Counted from the first letter of the stretch, positions 30,015 to 39,253 are shown. The stretch: 64,000 nucleotides of DNA from an uncultured bacterium (GCA_963705505.1 CAVPJU010000008.1:64001-128000), one strand, 5' to 3'. Notes: generated from the letters alone by a model not told the origin. A program made the numbers and translations.

Positions 30015-31058
30015 TTAATCTTTCTTCCACCATCTGTTCGGGAATTTTTCTTTCAGTATCCTGTCCCCTTCACCCACAGGCTCAAGACCCATGCTCCTCA
30101 TATCCGCGTCGACCATTATCCGTACTAGGTCCCCGAACCTGATTCGCGCATCCCAGCCCAGGATATCCTTTGCCCTGGCGCAATCCGCTCTCAGACTATG
30201 GACCTCGGTAGGCCTGAAATAGTTCGGATCGGTCTTGACGTACTTCTTCCAATCAAGACCGGCGTATGAGAAAGCCTCTTCGACGAGCTCCTTAACCGAA
30301 TGTGTCTCGCCTGTCCCGATCACCAAATCCCGCGGGCTCTCTTGCTGAAGCATCTTCCACATCATCCCGACATACTCCGGCGCATACCCCCAATCGCGTG
30401 TCGGCTCCATATCCCCCAGGAATATAGAGTCCTGCTTGCCTGACAGTATGTTCGATACCGCCTTCGTTATTTTTCTCGTTACGAATGTCTCTCCCCGTCT
30501 CGGGGATTCATGATTAAAAAGTATCCCGTTAACAGCGTAGAGACCGTACCCGTCCCTGTAGTTCACTACCGTCCAGTGAGCGAGCAGCTTCCCGCACGCG
30601 TAAGGGCTCCTCGGTCGGAAGTCCGTCGATTCGTTCTGCGGCGGAGGCGAAGCGCCGAACATCTCACTGCTCGACGCGAGGAAAAACCGGCACTTAATGC
30701 CGCTCCTCCTGACAGATTCGAGGATCCTTACCGCGCCGAGCCCCGTAATGTCACCGGTGTACTCGGGCATATCGAAACTCACCCTCACATGGCTCTGGGC
30801 GGCCAGGTGGTATATCTCGTCGGGCCGAATTTCGTATATCAGGTTCGTCAGGTTGCCGGAATCGCTCAAGTCCCCGTAGTGGAGATAGAGCCTGGCGTTA
30901 GGCTCGTGCGGATCGACGTATATGTGATCGATCCTCTCCGTATTGAAGCTGCTCGACCTTCTTATCAGACCGTGGGTTTCGTACCCTTTGGACAATAAGA
31001 ATTCCGCAAGGTATGACCCGTCCTGTCCCGTTATTCCCGTTATAAGAGCCTTTTTCAT
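30015..31058 (-). CDS. gmd: GDP-mannose 4,6-dehydratase
   Basis: [39 protein letters not shown]. Confidence 0.97.
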   Translation of the reverse strand: MKKALITGITGQDGSYLAEFLLSKGYETHGLIRRSSSFNTERIDHIYVDPHEPNARLYLHYGDLSDSGNLTNLIYEIRPDEIYHLAAQSHVRVSFDMPEYTGDITGLGAVRILESVRRSGIKCRFFLASSSEMFGASPPPQNESTDFRPRSPYACGKLLAHWTVVNYRDGYGLYAVNGILFNHESPRRGETFVTRKITKAVSNILSGKQDSIFLGDMEPTRDWGYAPEYVGMMWKMLQQESPRDLVIGTGETHSVKELVEEAFSYAGLDWKKYVKTDPNYFRPTEVHSLRADCARAKDILGWDARIRFGDLVRIMVDADMRSMGLEPVGEGDRILKEKFPNRWWKKD

Positions 31059-31289
31059 TATTAACCCCGGCAGGTCCTGATATCGAGCATGTATTCCCGG
31101 CTTAAGACATCAGCCGAAACCGATGTCTTAATTGCCGCCGGCTGCGAAAAGTATCATATTACAATATAAGAAGGAACCAGCAGCCTCTCCTTCGAATTAC
31201 GTCTCATTGCCGCACTTAAAGTGTATATCAAAATCTACGGAAGCCCGAAATTATTTGTGATCAAGCTGACCGTTCAGCCCGATGAGGAC

Positions 31290-32252
31290 TCAGACTATAA
31301 TTTCTTTCGCGTATAAGCTTGCATAGTGAGAGAACCAGGAGCCGGGAGGGAACCTCACCAGTATCTCGCTTTTCGCCAGTAAAAACATCTCGATTAAAGT
31401 GGCTGCCGCCGTTTCGACCGGCACTTCCTGATGGAGTTCTTTAGAGCCGTCGGAGCCGAAAACCTTTTCGAACACGACTACGTTATCAACCGCTCCGGTT
31501 ATAAAATCCTGAACCAGGCGTGAATCCGTGGATAGGAAAACAACGTATTCCGACCCTTGGATTTTTTTCAGAGACTCTTTTATTTTATTCAAACACACGG
31601 ATAAAGCCTCAGCCTGATTTTGCCAGTATTTCGTGTGATCGGATATCGGCATAGCCTTATTGTAATACCTTATATGTACCCCTATGACCTTTTTATTTTT
31701 AAAAAATTTATCCGCGAATTGATCTGCCTTTCTTTGAAATTCGGGCTTTAATTCAAGCGAATCGAAAAATGGCCTTAAATCGTCATTCGGTTTATAGCAG
31801 CCGTGCGTGATAATGATCTTCTCTTTCAGGTCCTCCGAATTATTCATGATCCGGTCCGTCGCCGCCTGCCGCATTTGAAATCTTCTTTTGAACAGGTTAT
31901 CGGCGCCAATGCCGGACTTGCTTAATACCTTATAAATAATCGACAGCGGATCGGGGAATGGGTGAAAAAAGTAAGGGTGTAATATCAGCAGGGCCGATAT
32001 GGTGTCGATACGGGATTCCGCGATTATGGGAACGCCTTCGATTGTCTCGGGAACATTGAAGAAGCGGCTGAAAGCGTTCTCTCCTTTATCGGCGAGATAG
32101 CGCGAAGGCTGCCAGAATATGACGAGGGCTCTATTCGTATCTTTCGCGTAGCGCCATGCGCTGGCCGCCGCCATGAGATTGTCGCCGAGGCCGCTGTTCC
32201 GGTGCGAAATAATTACTCTCGGATGTTTTTTGAGTAATTTCAGAAGGAACAT
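31290..32252 (-). CDS. NodZ-like alpha-1,6-fucosyltransferase (GT23)
   Basis: GLGDNL..ASAWRYA, NAF..FF, VIGVHIR, FLSTDS, LIEMFLLA...RFPPGSWFS recall rhizobial NodZ motifs. Confidence 0.8.
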   Translation of the reverse strand: MFLLKLLKKHPRVIISHRNSGLGDNLMAAASAWRYAKDTNRALVIFWQPSRYLADKGENAFSRFFNVPETIEGVPIIAESRIDTISALLILHPYFFHPFPDPLSIIYKVLSKSGIGADNLFKRRFQMRQAATDRIMNNSEDLKEKIIITHGCYKPNDDLRPFFDSLELKPEFQRKADQFADKFFKNKKVIGVHIRYYNKAMPISDHTKYWQNQAEALSVCLNKIKESLKKIQGSEYVVFLSTDSRLVQDFITGAVDNVVVFEKVFGSDGSKELHQEVPVETAAATLIEMFLLAKSEILVRFPPGSWFSHYASLYAKEIIV

Positions 32253-32731
32253 GTTTGACGTTATTATGACTGATTAAATGAAGTGGTTCTAAAGAATGGA
32301 AAGTTAAGATTTGTCCGTGAGAGCCTGAAGCAATGTACGGGGCAGGGAAACTTTCTATTGCAATTTCTCAACAGTCCTCAAATTGTTCAAACGGGGTGAT
32401 TAAGAGATCTCTACGAATCTCAGATCCACCCCGTCATATTGCATTCACTCATCTGTACTCAACCGAGCCTCGTCCGCGCATCCCCCCACGCGAGTCCGGT
32501 CCCCGGGGCATAAGACAATACGTATCTCATTTTTTTGCGAGATTAACTAATAATTTCAGCGGACAAAGCAGCTTTTTGCCAAGTCGAAATTTTGTGCAAT
32601 AACACACAAATGCGTCATTTGGCGCTAAATTCTCGGGCGTGGTAAACCGGGTATCGTTAACACCGCCCAAACTTTTTAAGTATGATAAATTAAGTATCGT
32701 AATGAGTTCGCTTTATCGAGGGGAATAAAAT

Positions 32732-33187
32732 ATGGCTTCCAAGAAAAAGTACCAGTCCCTATCACTTGGCGGTTATCTGTACAAGTTTCATGCAAAGGGC
32801 GAAGACACGGGGGGAGCTTACACATTTTTCGAAGCGTTTGTCCCGCCCAGGGACATAGGTCCGCCGCCGCACGTACACAGGAACGAGGACGTCGCATTCT
32901 ATATAATTGACGGCCTATTCACATTCTCACTCGACGGAGTTGAATTTAAAGCAAAAACGGGAGACTTCGTATTTCTGCCCAGGGGACTCACGCACTGGAA
33001 AAGGAATGAATCGGACTCTGTAGGAAAGATGGTCGTTATCTCGAACCCGTCGGGCTTCGAGAAGTATTTTGACAGAGCGGGGACCCTCGTGGAGGACGAT
33101 ACGGAAATGCCGCCGACGCCGACAAACGAGGAGCTCATAAGACTGGTACAGGAAGCCCCGAACTTCGGTATAGAGATGTTTCTCTGA
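32732..33187 (+). CDS. Cupin, quercetin 2,3-dioxygenase-like
   Basis: GEDTGGAY, GPPPHVH, GDFVFLPRGLTH, PSGFEKYF. Confidence 0.8.
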   Translation: MASKKKYQSLSLGGYLYKFHAKGEDTGGAYTFFEAFVPPRDIGPPPHVHRNEDVAFYIIDGLFTFSLDGVEFKAKTGDFVFLPRGLTHWKRNESDSVGKMVVISNPSGFEKYFDRAGTLVEDDTEMPPTPTNEELIRLVQEAPNFGIEMFL

Positions 33188-33251
33188 AGCCCGGGGCCCG
33201 AAATTCTAAAAGTGAATATATTTCAAGACCGATCTTTAGTGAGAGGGAGAA

Positions 33252-33713
33252 ATGCAAATGAATCCTATAAAGAAACATAAGTCAGTAGCTGTGGTCGGCA
33301 CAGTTTACAAATACCTCGCGACCGGAGAGGATACCGGAGGCGCATACGCGCTGTTTGAATCCCTTGTGCCCCCTAATGACCCAGGCCCGCCGCCCCATTT
33401 ACACCGGAACGAAGACGAAGGCTTCTACATCCTCGAAGGAGACTTCACGTTCTCATTGGGAGATAAGGAATACCACCTGAGGACGGGTGATTTCATTTTC
33501 CTCCCGCGCGGCATCAGGCACTCGTACAGGAACAATTCGGACACCGTGGCAAGGCAGCTGGTACTCGTCAACCCGTCAGGCTTCGAGAAATTCTTCGACG
33601 CCGTGGGCGAGCCGGTCGAGGACGATACAAAACTTCCTCCCCCTCCATCTAGTGAGCATATCCAGAAAATTATCGAGGAAGCCCCTAAATTCGGAATCGA
33701 GCTATTCCTCTGA
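33252..33713 (+). CDS. Cupin, quercetin 2,3-dioxygenase-like (tandem paralog)
   Basis: GEDTGGAY, GPPPHLHRNEDE, GDFIFLPRGIRH. Confidence 0.85.
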   Translation: MQMNPIKKHKSVAVVGTVYKYLATGEDTGGAYALFESLVPPNDPGPPPHLHRNEDEGFYILEGDFTFSLGDKEYHLRTGDFIFLPRGIRHSYRNNSDTVARQLVLVNPSGFEKFFDAVGEPVEDDTKLPPPPSSEHIQKIIEEAPKFGIELFL

Positions 33714-33748
33714 GAATCAAAGTCTCCCCGCTTTTACAGATGTTTCCC

Positions 33749-33789
33749 GGAAAAAGAAAACCTGCCGTCTTTAGCAGTAAGACGGCAGG
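33749..33789 (-). terminator. Intrinsic terminator of the porin transcript (possibly bidirectional)
   Basis: CCTGCCGTCTT / AAGACGGCAGG stem with T-tract on minus strand. Confidence 0.75.
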
Positions 33790-33828
33790 CTTATTAAAGG
33801 AGGGATGAGAGACTAGTTGTATCCTTAA

Positions 33829-35244
33829 CTAAAAATTAGCCTGGAGCTGTGCTCTCACTACATTCGCATCCACATCGGGAGCGTCCTGGGTAGCCTCGTT
33901 CCTCTGGAACGTATAATTCAGCTGGACCTTCCATCTGTGGTCATGCGAAATGTAGTAGTTTAATGCCGGTGTAAGCTCCCATTGCTTGCTGGGTAAGCTC
34001 GTATCCGGGGGGACGACTCCAGAGCTCGTATCGAAGTCTATCAATGCGTACCTCGCCGCCAGCTCTACCGTCTTCGGCAGCAGGAACACGCCCGCCTGTA
34101 CCCTGAACCCCTGGTCGTATGCCGTGCTCTGGCCGGTATCGGGATTGAGCCACCTGCCTTCGTATTCCGCCTCGACGTTGAAGTACTTCATTTTGAAGTT
34201 TATGTCACCCGTAATCTGCGTGAAGTCCGTCGTCTGGAACCCAAGCTGGCTGATCCTCGGGCAAACTCCGCCGTTCGGTACATCCCTGTCGCAGTTAAGC
34301 CCCGGTATTGTAGCCGCTGCAAAACCGACTGCGAATGTGGGGTTTTTAGCAAAGTTGGGAACTATGTCGTATGCTTTCGCGGTGGCAAAAGCTCCGTTCG
34401 CGTTGAACTTATAATCATCGTCTCCCGCCAGGCCCAACTGAACCCTGCCGACGTAGAGCAAGTTCGAGTCAAGGTTTGTAACGCCTTTTGAGCTGTTGTT
34501 CCCCTGCGCATTAAACACACCGGCGCTATACGAAAAGTTGTTCTTCGCCCCGATGCCGCCCATCAATGCCGCGCCCCGCGTCCTCTCAAGAGAAAATTGA
34601 TTGTTGACTATGGACCTTTCGATTATCTGCAGCGACGCCGTAGAAGTGAGCTCTTCCCTGTTGAAAGGGACCTTCCACTGTCCCACCCTGGGACCGATCT
34701 CCTTCTGATAGGCCGCGGTCAGATAAGCGTCCTTGAGGAGAGTACTGCTGGCCGGGTCTATCATTAACATATAATAGAACCAGGGCGCGAAAGCATACCC
34801 GTCCCACCTCAACTCGAATCTCCGAATGTTAAAATTGGTCTGCGTAAGCTTCTTGTCCGTATCATTCACAAAGAGCTGGATTTGAGCTAAGCTGCTGAAT
34901 CTCGTCTTAAACTTAAAACCTTTGTCGTCAGACGTCTCGAAAACAAAACCCTTATCATACTTAGCTAAAAACTTGTTATACCAGGCGTCTTTGTCCTGCT
35001 CCTTCCCCGCCGCAATCAGCTCGGCTGTCTTCTGCTGATCGGATGCCCTATCGGCCTGAAGATTGTCGATCTGCTGCTTCAACTCTTGTATCTGCTTCTG
35101 GTTCTGGAGCTGTATAATCTCGATCTGCTTCTTCAGCTCCTCTATCTGCTGCTTCGTCGACTGAGCATGCGAGCTCAAGGGGCAAAGCAGTATCAGGAAA
35201 AAGATAACCAGAGCCTCCTTGTTGCTTATAAACTTACTTATCAT
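33829..35244 (-). CDS. OprO/OprP-family anion-selective porin
   Basis: Signal peptide, N-terminal coiled coil, FNIRR, LKDAY, GQWKVPFNREELTS, C-terminal Phe. Confidence 0.8.
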   Translation of the reverse strand: MISKFISNKEALVIFFLILLCPLSSHAQSTKQQIEELKKQIEIIQLQNQKQIQELKQQIDNLQADRASDQQKTAELIAAGKEQDKDAWYNKFLAKYDKGFVFETSDDKGFKFKTRFSSLAQIQLFVNDTDKKLTQTNFNIRRFELRWDGYAFAPWFYYMLMIDPASSTLLKDAYLTAAYQKEIGPRVGQWKVPFNREELTSTASLQIIERSIVNNQFSLERTRGAALMGGIGAKNNFSYSAGVFNAQGNNSSKGVTNLDSNLLYVGRVQLGLAGDDDYKFNANGAFATAKAYDIVPNFAKNPTFAVGFAAATIPGLNCDRDVPNGGVCPRISQLGFQTTDFTQITGDINFKMKYFNVEAEYEGRWLNPDTGQSTAYDQGFRVQAGVFLLPKTVELAARYALIDFDTSSGVVPPDTSLPSKQWELTPALNYYISHDHRWKVQLNYTFQRNEATQDAPDVDANVVRAQLQANF

Positions 35245-35286
35245 CTTACTGATCCTCCTGTAATAGTTTTTTTTACCGCCGGTCGG

Positions 35287-35949
35287 TCATTTCAGATACG
35301 ACCCGCCTGCAGACTTTAAATCCGGTCGTCTGTACCTCGAATACCTGACACTCCTTTCATTCCTTAATCGATCCGTTATGGGCACGCCGAGCGCCAATGA
35401 CAGACCCCGCCTCAGGGGCTCCAGTTTCTCCCTGAATGCTCTGAGACCCTTCACATAAGCAGCCGGATTGTTTTGCCATAACTTGAAGTTGTCGAATACG
35501 CGTTTTAGCTTTTCCTTCGCTTCGGGCGAATCAAATCTCCAGTTAAAGTCCCCTTCGATCGGATAAAAGGTTTGAAAGAACAAAAGCTGCTTTATGACGC
35601 TCCGATGATCCTCGACATAATAAAGGTCAAAGAAGCCCGTCCGCGCCCAGCTGTACCCGCTGCCGAAGCTCTCGGCAAAATTGTCTTCCAGTCCTAAATT
35701 CTTCCCGGCGATTTTCGCGAGGTTCACATACACATAAGCCGCCTCCGGAGTGAAATATCCGTGCTCCGGAAATCCCTCGTCCAGCCGGTTGAGGCTGTTT
35801 ACCAGATAGAGCCCGCTATAATTTTTCGCGAACCTTGTGCCGGGTATCGCCCCGAAGTCCAATTCTCCGATGTCCCCGATTTCATTAAGCGAGGTACTGA
35901 TGTTCTCCCATTCCCGTTTTGCTATCCTGATAGTTTCTTCCGATTTCAT
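35287..35949 (-). CDS. Hypothetical protein
   Basis: 220-aa ORF, GGAG RBS, same strand as flanking transporter genes. Confidence 0.65.
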   Translation of the reverse strand: MKSEETIRIAKREWENISTSLNEIGDIGELDFGAIPGTRFAKNYSGLYLVNSLNRLDEGFPEHGYFTPEAAYVYVNLAKIAGKNLGLEDNFAESFGSGYSWARTGFFDLYYVEDHRSVIKQLLFFQTFYPIEGDFNWRFDSPEAKEKLKRVFDNFKLWQNNPAAYVKGLRAFREKLEPLRRGLSLALGVPITDRLRNERSVRYSRYRRPDLKSAGGSYLK

Positions 35950-36113
35950 TTTCTTCTCCGTGTAAATTTCCTTTTGCTTTTTTGCGCAGAACTCCCCCGT
36001 AAAGTTGTATTTATGAAAACCAACTTTTTAAGATTCGCGGAAATTCCCGCAACTCTCCCGTGCGCCCGTACACAAGCGTCAGACGACAGGATTCTCCGAT
36101 TGTCTGTCAGGAA

Positions 36114-36206
36114 TTAATTACAGTCAGGACAACAGTAGTACGTACCTCTCAGCTTAATGCGGTGATTAAGGGTTATGAGATTATTGAGAGATGGGTGCTT
36201 AAGCAT
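36114..36206 (-). CDS. 30-aa Cys-rich peptide MLKHPSLNNLITLNHRIKLRGTYYCCPDCN (putative leader/attenuator peptide)
   Basis: ATG overlaps the permease stop (ATGCTTAA); three TGT codons at the 3' end; followed by alternative hairpins. Confidence 0.5.
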   Translation of the reverse strand: MLKHPSLNNLITLNHRIKLRGTYYCCPDCN

Positions 36207-36960
36207 TGAGGAGCCCCCATCTTTCTCTTACCCGGTTCTCGAGCTTCGTGAACACGAACCTGTCGACCGTTATGCCTATTACGATGATGATTATCATAAC
36301 GGCCATCACCTGGCTTATGTCGTTGAGCTCCCTCCCCATTGTAAGGAGGTGTCCGAGCCCGATGCTTACATACAACAGCTCTCCCGCCATGAGAGCGCGC
36401 CACGCGAAAGACCAGCCCTGTTTGAGCCCGCTTATAATGGAGGGCATAGCCGCCGGAATTATCACCCTCGTATATAGGTTGAACCCTCCCGCCCCCATAG
36501 TCCTCGCGGCCCTGAGATATATGGGCGGAACATTCTTGACGCCGGAATCGACGCCGATTGTGATAGCGAAGAGCGAGCCCAGCACCACCACCATGACTAT
36601 AGCGTTTTCGCTCAGCCCGAACCAGAGGAGCGCTATAGGCAGCCAGCATATGCTCGGGAGCGCCTGGAACCCGAGAACGATCGTGCCTATCGTCTCGTCG
36701 AGCAGCTTCACCCTCCCGATTGCGAGACCGATGAGGACGCCGCCCACTATGGACAGCCCGAAACCTATCAGCACCCTCTTCATGCTGACCAGGATGCCGA
36801 TCGTGAAGCTGTTATCCTCGAATCCCGCAATCAGCGACTGCGCCACGCCCAGAGGAGAAGGGAACAGGTACGGGGGCCAGATGCGGAGTTCCGCAACACC
36901 CTGCCATATACCGATGAGGAGGACATAAAAAACGGTCAGTTTAATTATTTTCCCTTTCAT
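36199..36960 (-). CDS. ABC transporter permease, SsuC/TauC/NitT family
   Basis: LFPSP, QALPSICWLP..LWFG, RAARTMGA EAA-like loop. Confidence 0.92.
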   Translation of the reverse strand: MKGKIIKLTVFYVLLIGIWQGVAELRIWPPYLFPSPLGVAQSLIAGFEDNSFTIGILVSMKRVLIGFGLSIVGGVLIGLAIGRVKLLDETIGTIVLGFQALPSICWLPIALLWFGLSENAIVMVVVLGSLFAITIGVDSGVKNVPPIYLRAARTMGAGGFNLYTRVIIPAAMPSIISGLKQGWSFAWRALMAGELLYVSIGLGHLLTMGRELNDISQVMAVMIIIIVIGITVDRFVFTKLENRVRERWGLLNA

Positions 36961-38015
36961 CAGCTGGCCGCCTCTCTTATTTCTCCTGCAGCATCCTCAC
37001 CGTCGTCCCTTATCTCGTCCGTGATCCACTTGGTGTTGAGGAACACTTCCGGATTGCCGGGCTTCCTCGGCCTGTCGATTTCTATATCGTGCTCCGATTT
37101 AATCTTCCCGGGGTTCTTCGTGAAGACGAGCACCCTGTCCCCGAGGATTACGGCTTCCTCGACATTGTGCGTAACGAAAATAATGGTCTTATGGGACTCT
37201 ACCCATATCCTCTGAAGCTCGTCCTGAAGAGACTCTCTCGTCTGGATGTCGAGTGCGGCAAAAGGCTCGTCCATCAGCAGAATGGAAGGCTCCATGACGA
37301 GCGCCCTCGCAAGCGCGACCCGCTGTTTCATACCTCCCGAGAGTTGGTGGATATACGATTTATGGAACTTCTCGTCGAGCCCGACGAGCTTCAGATAATC
37401 GTATGCGAGCTCTCGTCTTATTTTTTGGGCAACCCTTCTCAATTTAAGCCCGAACTCCACGTTCTCGGTCACGGTCAGCCACGGAAAGAGGGCGCCCTCC
37501 TGGAAAACTACCACTCTATCGGAGCCGGGTCCCTCCACGCGCTTCCCGTCAGCGAGTATACGGCCGCTCGAAGGTTTATCGAGCCCCGCGATCAGGTTAA
37601 GCAGCGTGGACTTCCCGCACCCGGAAGACCCCACTATCGAGACGAATTCCCCGTCCCGTATCGTGAGGTTTATATCGCTCAGAGCGGAAACTTTACCTTC
37701 CTTCGTATTGAATGCTTTCGATACGTTTTCCACCCTGAGCCTCGCCTCTTTCTTCTCTACCTTCTGAATGAAAATATTCCAGAGCCCTTCCTGCTCCACG
37801 ACCCGGTAGGGATACCCCCTCCTCTCGCAGAACCTGGGTGCGTTCTCGAGCGCCGTCGCCTCGTGGTCCGATATCGCGAGAAGCACCGCGTCGTCGTCGA
37901 GCGCCCTGATCGTATCCCTTATTACGTTCAGGGGATGAGGGCATATCGCATCCCTCAAATCCAACACCCTGTCGGGCTTCAGTACTTCTAATTTCTTCAC
38001 CTGTTCCAAATGCAT
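36960..38015 (-). CDS. ABC ATP-binding protein (SsuB/TauB family) with N-terminal TusA/SirA-like domain
   Basis: VLDLRDAICPHP...WNIFIQK then GSSGCGKST, LSGGMKQR, LLMDEPF, FVTH. Confidence 0.88.
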   Translation of the reverse strand: MHLEQVKKLEVLKPDRVLDLRDAICPHPLNVIRDTIRALDDDAVLLAISDHEATALENAPRFCERRGYPYRVVEQEGLWNIFIQKVEKKEARLRVENVSKAFNTKEGKVSALSDINLTIRDGEFVSIVGSSGCGKSTLLNLIAGLDKPSSGRILADGKRVEGPGSDRVVVFQEGALFPWLTVTENVEFGLKLRRVAQKIRRELAYDYLKLVGLDEKFHKSYIHQLSGGMKQRVALARALVMEPSILLMDEPFAALDIQTRESLQDELQRIWVESHKTIIFVTHNVEEAVILGDRVLVFTKNPGKIKSEHDIEIDRPRKPGNPEVFLNTKWITDEIRDDGEDAAGEIREAAS

Positions 38016-38038
38016 CTGGTTTCCTTTTAGTCAGACGT

Positions 38039-39097
38039 TTATTTTTCCGCAGACTGCCGGTCGTTGATTTTTATCTCTTTGAGGCCTTTTTCCTTCAGTA
38101 TACCGTTCAAAATGGAGAGGTCATAAATATTCGAGAGGTCCGGCTCTTTCTTGCCGAGGAAACCAAGCTTGTAGGCGTCCTGTGCGGATTGGAAAAGGGA
38201 GCTCGCGATCGGGTCGTACGTAAACTGTATCCTAGGCAGGGCCGCGTCCAGAATGTTCTGGGGCAATGCTTTCCCGGTCTCCCTCTTGATCTCCTGATTA
38301 AGCACCACCTTCGCCTCATCGGGGTTTTTATTTATCCAGTCGGTTATCTGAAGATTGGTTTCAAGCCATGTCTTTACAAGGTCGGGATGCTCTTTCAGAA
38401 ACTTGGTGCTGACGATAATATGAGTGGTTACATATTGACCGTTCGGCCAGAGTTCTTTCTCGTCGAGGAAAAGCTCCCCGCCGCCGTCGGATATCAACCT
38501 CGAAACCCACGGTTCGACTGTCCATGCACCGTCTATCTCCTTTTTAATAAATAGAGTCAGCTGGTCCGGGTTTTCGAGCGGTATGACCTCGACGGTCCCC
38601 CCTTTCTCCTTAAGCTGATAACCGTTCTCGCCAAGCCAGTTCCTGAGAGCAACGTCCTGTGTGTTTCCTATGCTTGGTGTAGCGATCTTCTTCCCGTTAA
38701 AGTCCTTAGCCGACGTTATACCGGCATCCTTTCTCACGACGAGCCCCGCACCCCCGCTGGCAGCGCCTGATACAATTCTCAAAGCCTCACCGTCTGATTT
38801 TATGTACCCGTTGACGGCAGGGTTTGGTCCGATGTACGTAATATCGAGCTCCCCTGCAAAAAGTGCTTCGATAGCAGAGGTTCCTGAATTGAAGAGCTTC
38901 CAGTCTATATAAGCTTTATCCCCGAGCGCCTTCTCGAAATCTCCCCTCGCCTGCCCTATAACCCCCTGGGCATGGGTTACGTTCGGGAAATGACCCGCGC
39001 GTATCCTTACTTTATTATCCTGTGCTCCAAAACTCACAGCCGAGCCTATCAAGCCCAGCGCAAGTCCCGCAGCTAAAATCAATGACTTTAATTTCAT
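38039..39097 (-). CDS. ABC substrate-binding protein, SsuA/NitT family
   Basis: AAGGAGG RBS, signal peptide, GHFPNVTHA, YIGPNPA, GNTQDVALR, VEPW. Confidence 0.9.
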   Translation of the reverse strand: MKLKSLILAAGLALGLIGSAVSFGAQDNKVRIRAGHFPNVTHAQGVIGQARGDFEKALGDKAYIDWKLFNSGTSAIEALFAGELDITYIGPNPAVNGYIKSDGEALRIVSGAASGGAGLVVRKDAGITSAKDFNGKKIATPSIGNTQDVALRNWLGENGYQLKEKGGTVEVIPLENPDQLTLFIKKEIDGAWTVEPWVSRLISDGGGELFLDEKELWPNGQYVTTHIIVSTKFLKEHPDLVKTWLETNLQITDWINKNPDEAKVVLNQEIKRETGKALPQNILDAALPRIQFTYDPIASSLFQSAQDAYKLGFLGKKEPDLSNIYDLSILNGILKEKGLKEIKINDRQSAEK

Positions 39098-39134
39098 TAC
39101 GTTTTCCTCCTTAATTATCTTGGTGGAAATATAT

Positions 39135-39150
39135 TGCAAGCCCCGTGCCA
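39135..39150 (-). promoter_or_regulatory. Sigma-54 (-24/-12) promoter TGGCACGGGGCTTGCA
   Basis: Exact match to TGGCACG-N4-TTGC(A/T), about 40 nt upstream of the binding-protein start. Confidence 0.8.
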
Positions 39151-39253
39151 TAATCAAAATTCCCTTTATTTTAGAGCAATTCAGCCCGATTTAGGGTTCA
39201 AACGGTTACTTAATAATCATCCTGCGGTTACATACTGCACAGATGAATAATGC

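Noticed and set aside
32591..32610. TTTGTG-N8-CACAAA palindrome, CRP/FNR-like
   Set aside because: Short, AT-rich context, both inner consensus positions mismatch
39098..39157. N-terminal extension of the SBP in the ORF track
   Set aside because: Overlaps the sigma-54 promoter; RBS and signal peptide support the start at 39097
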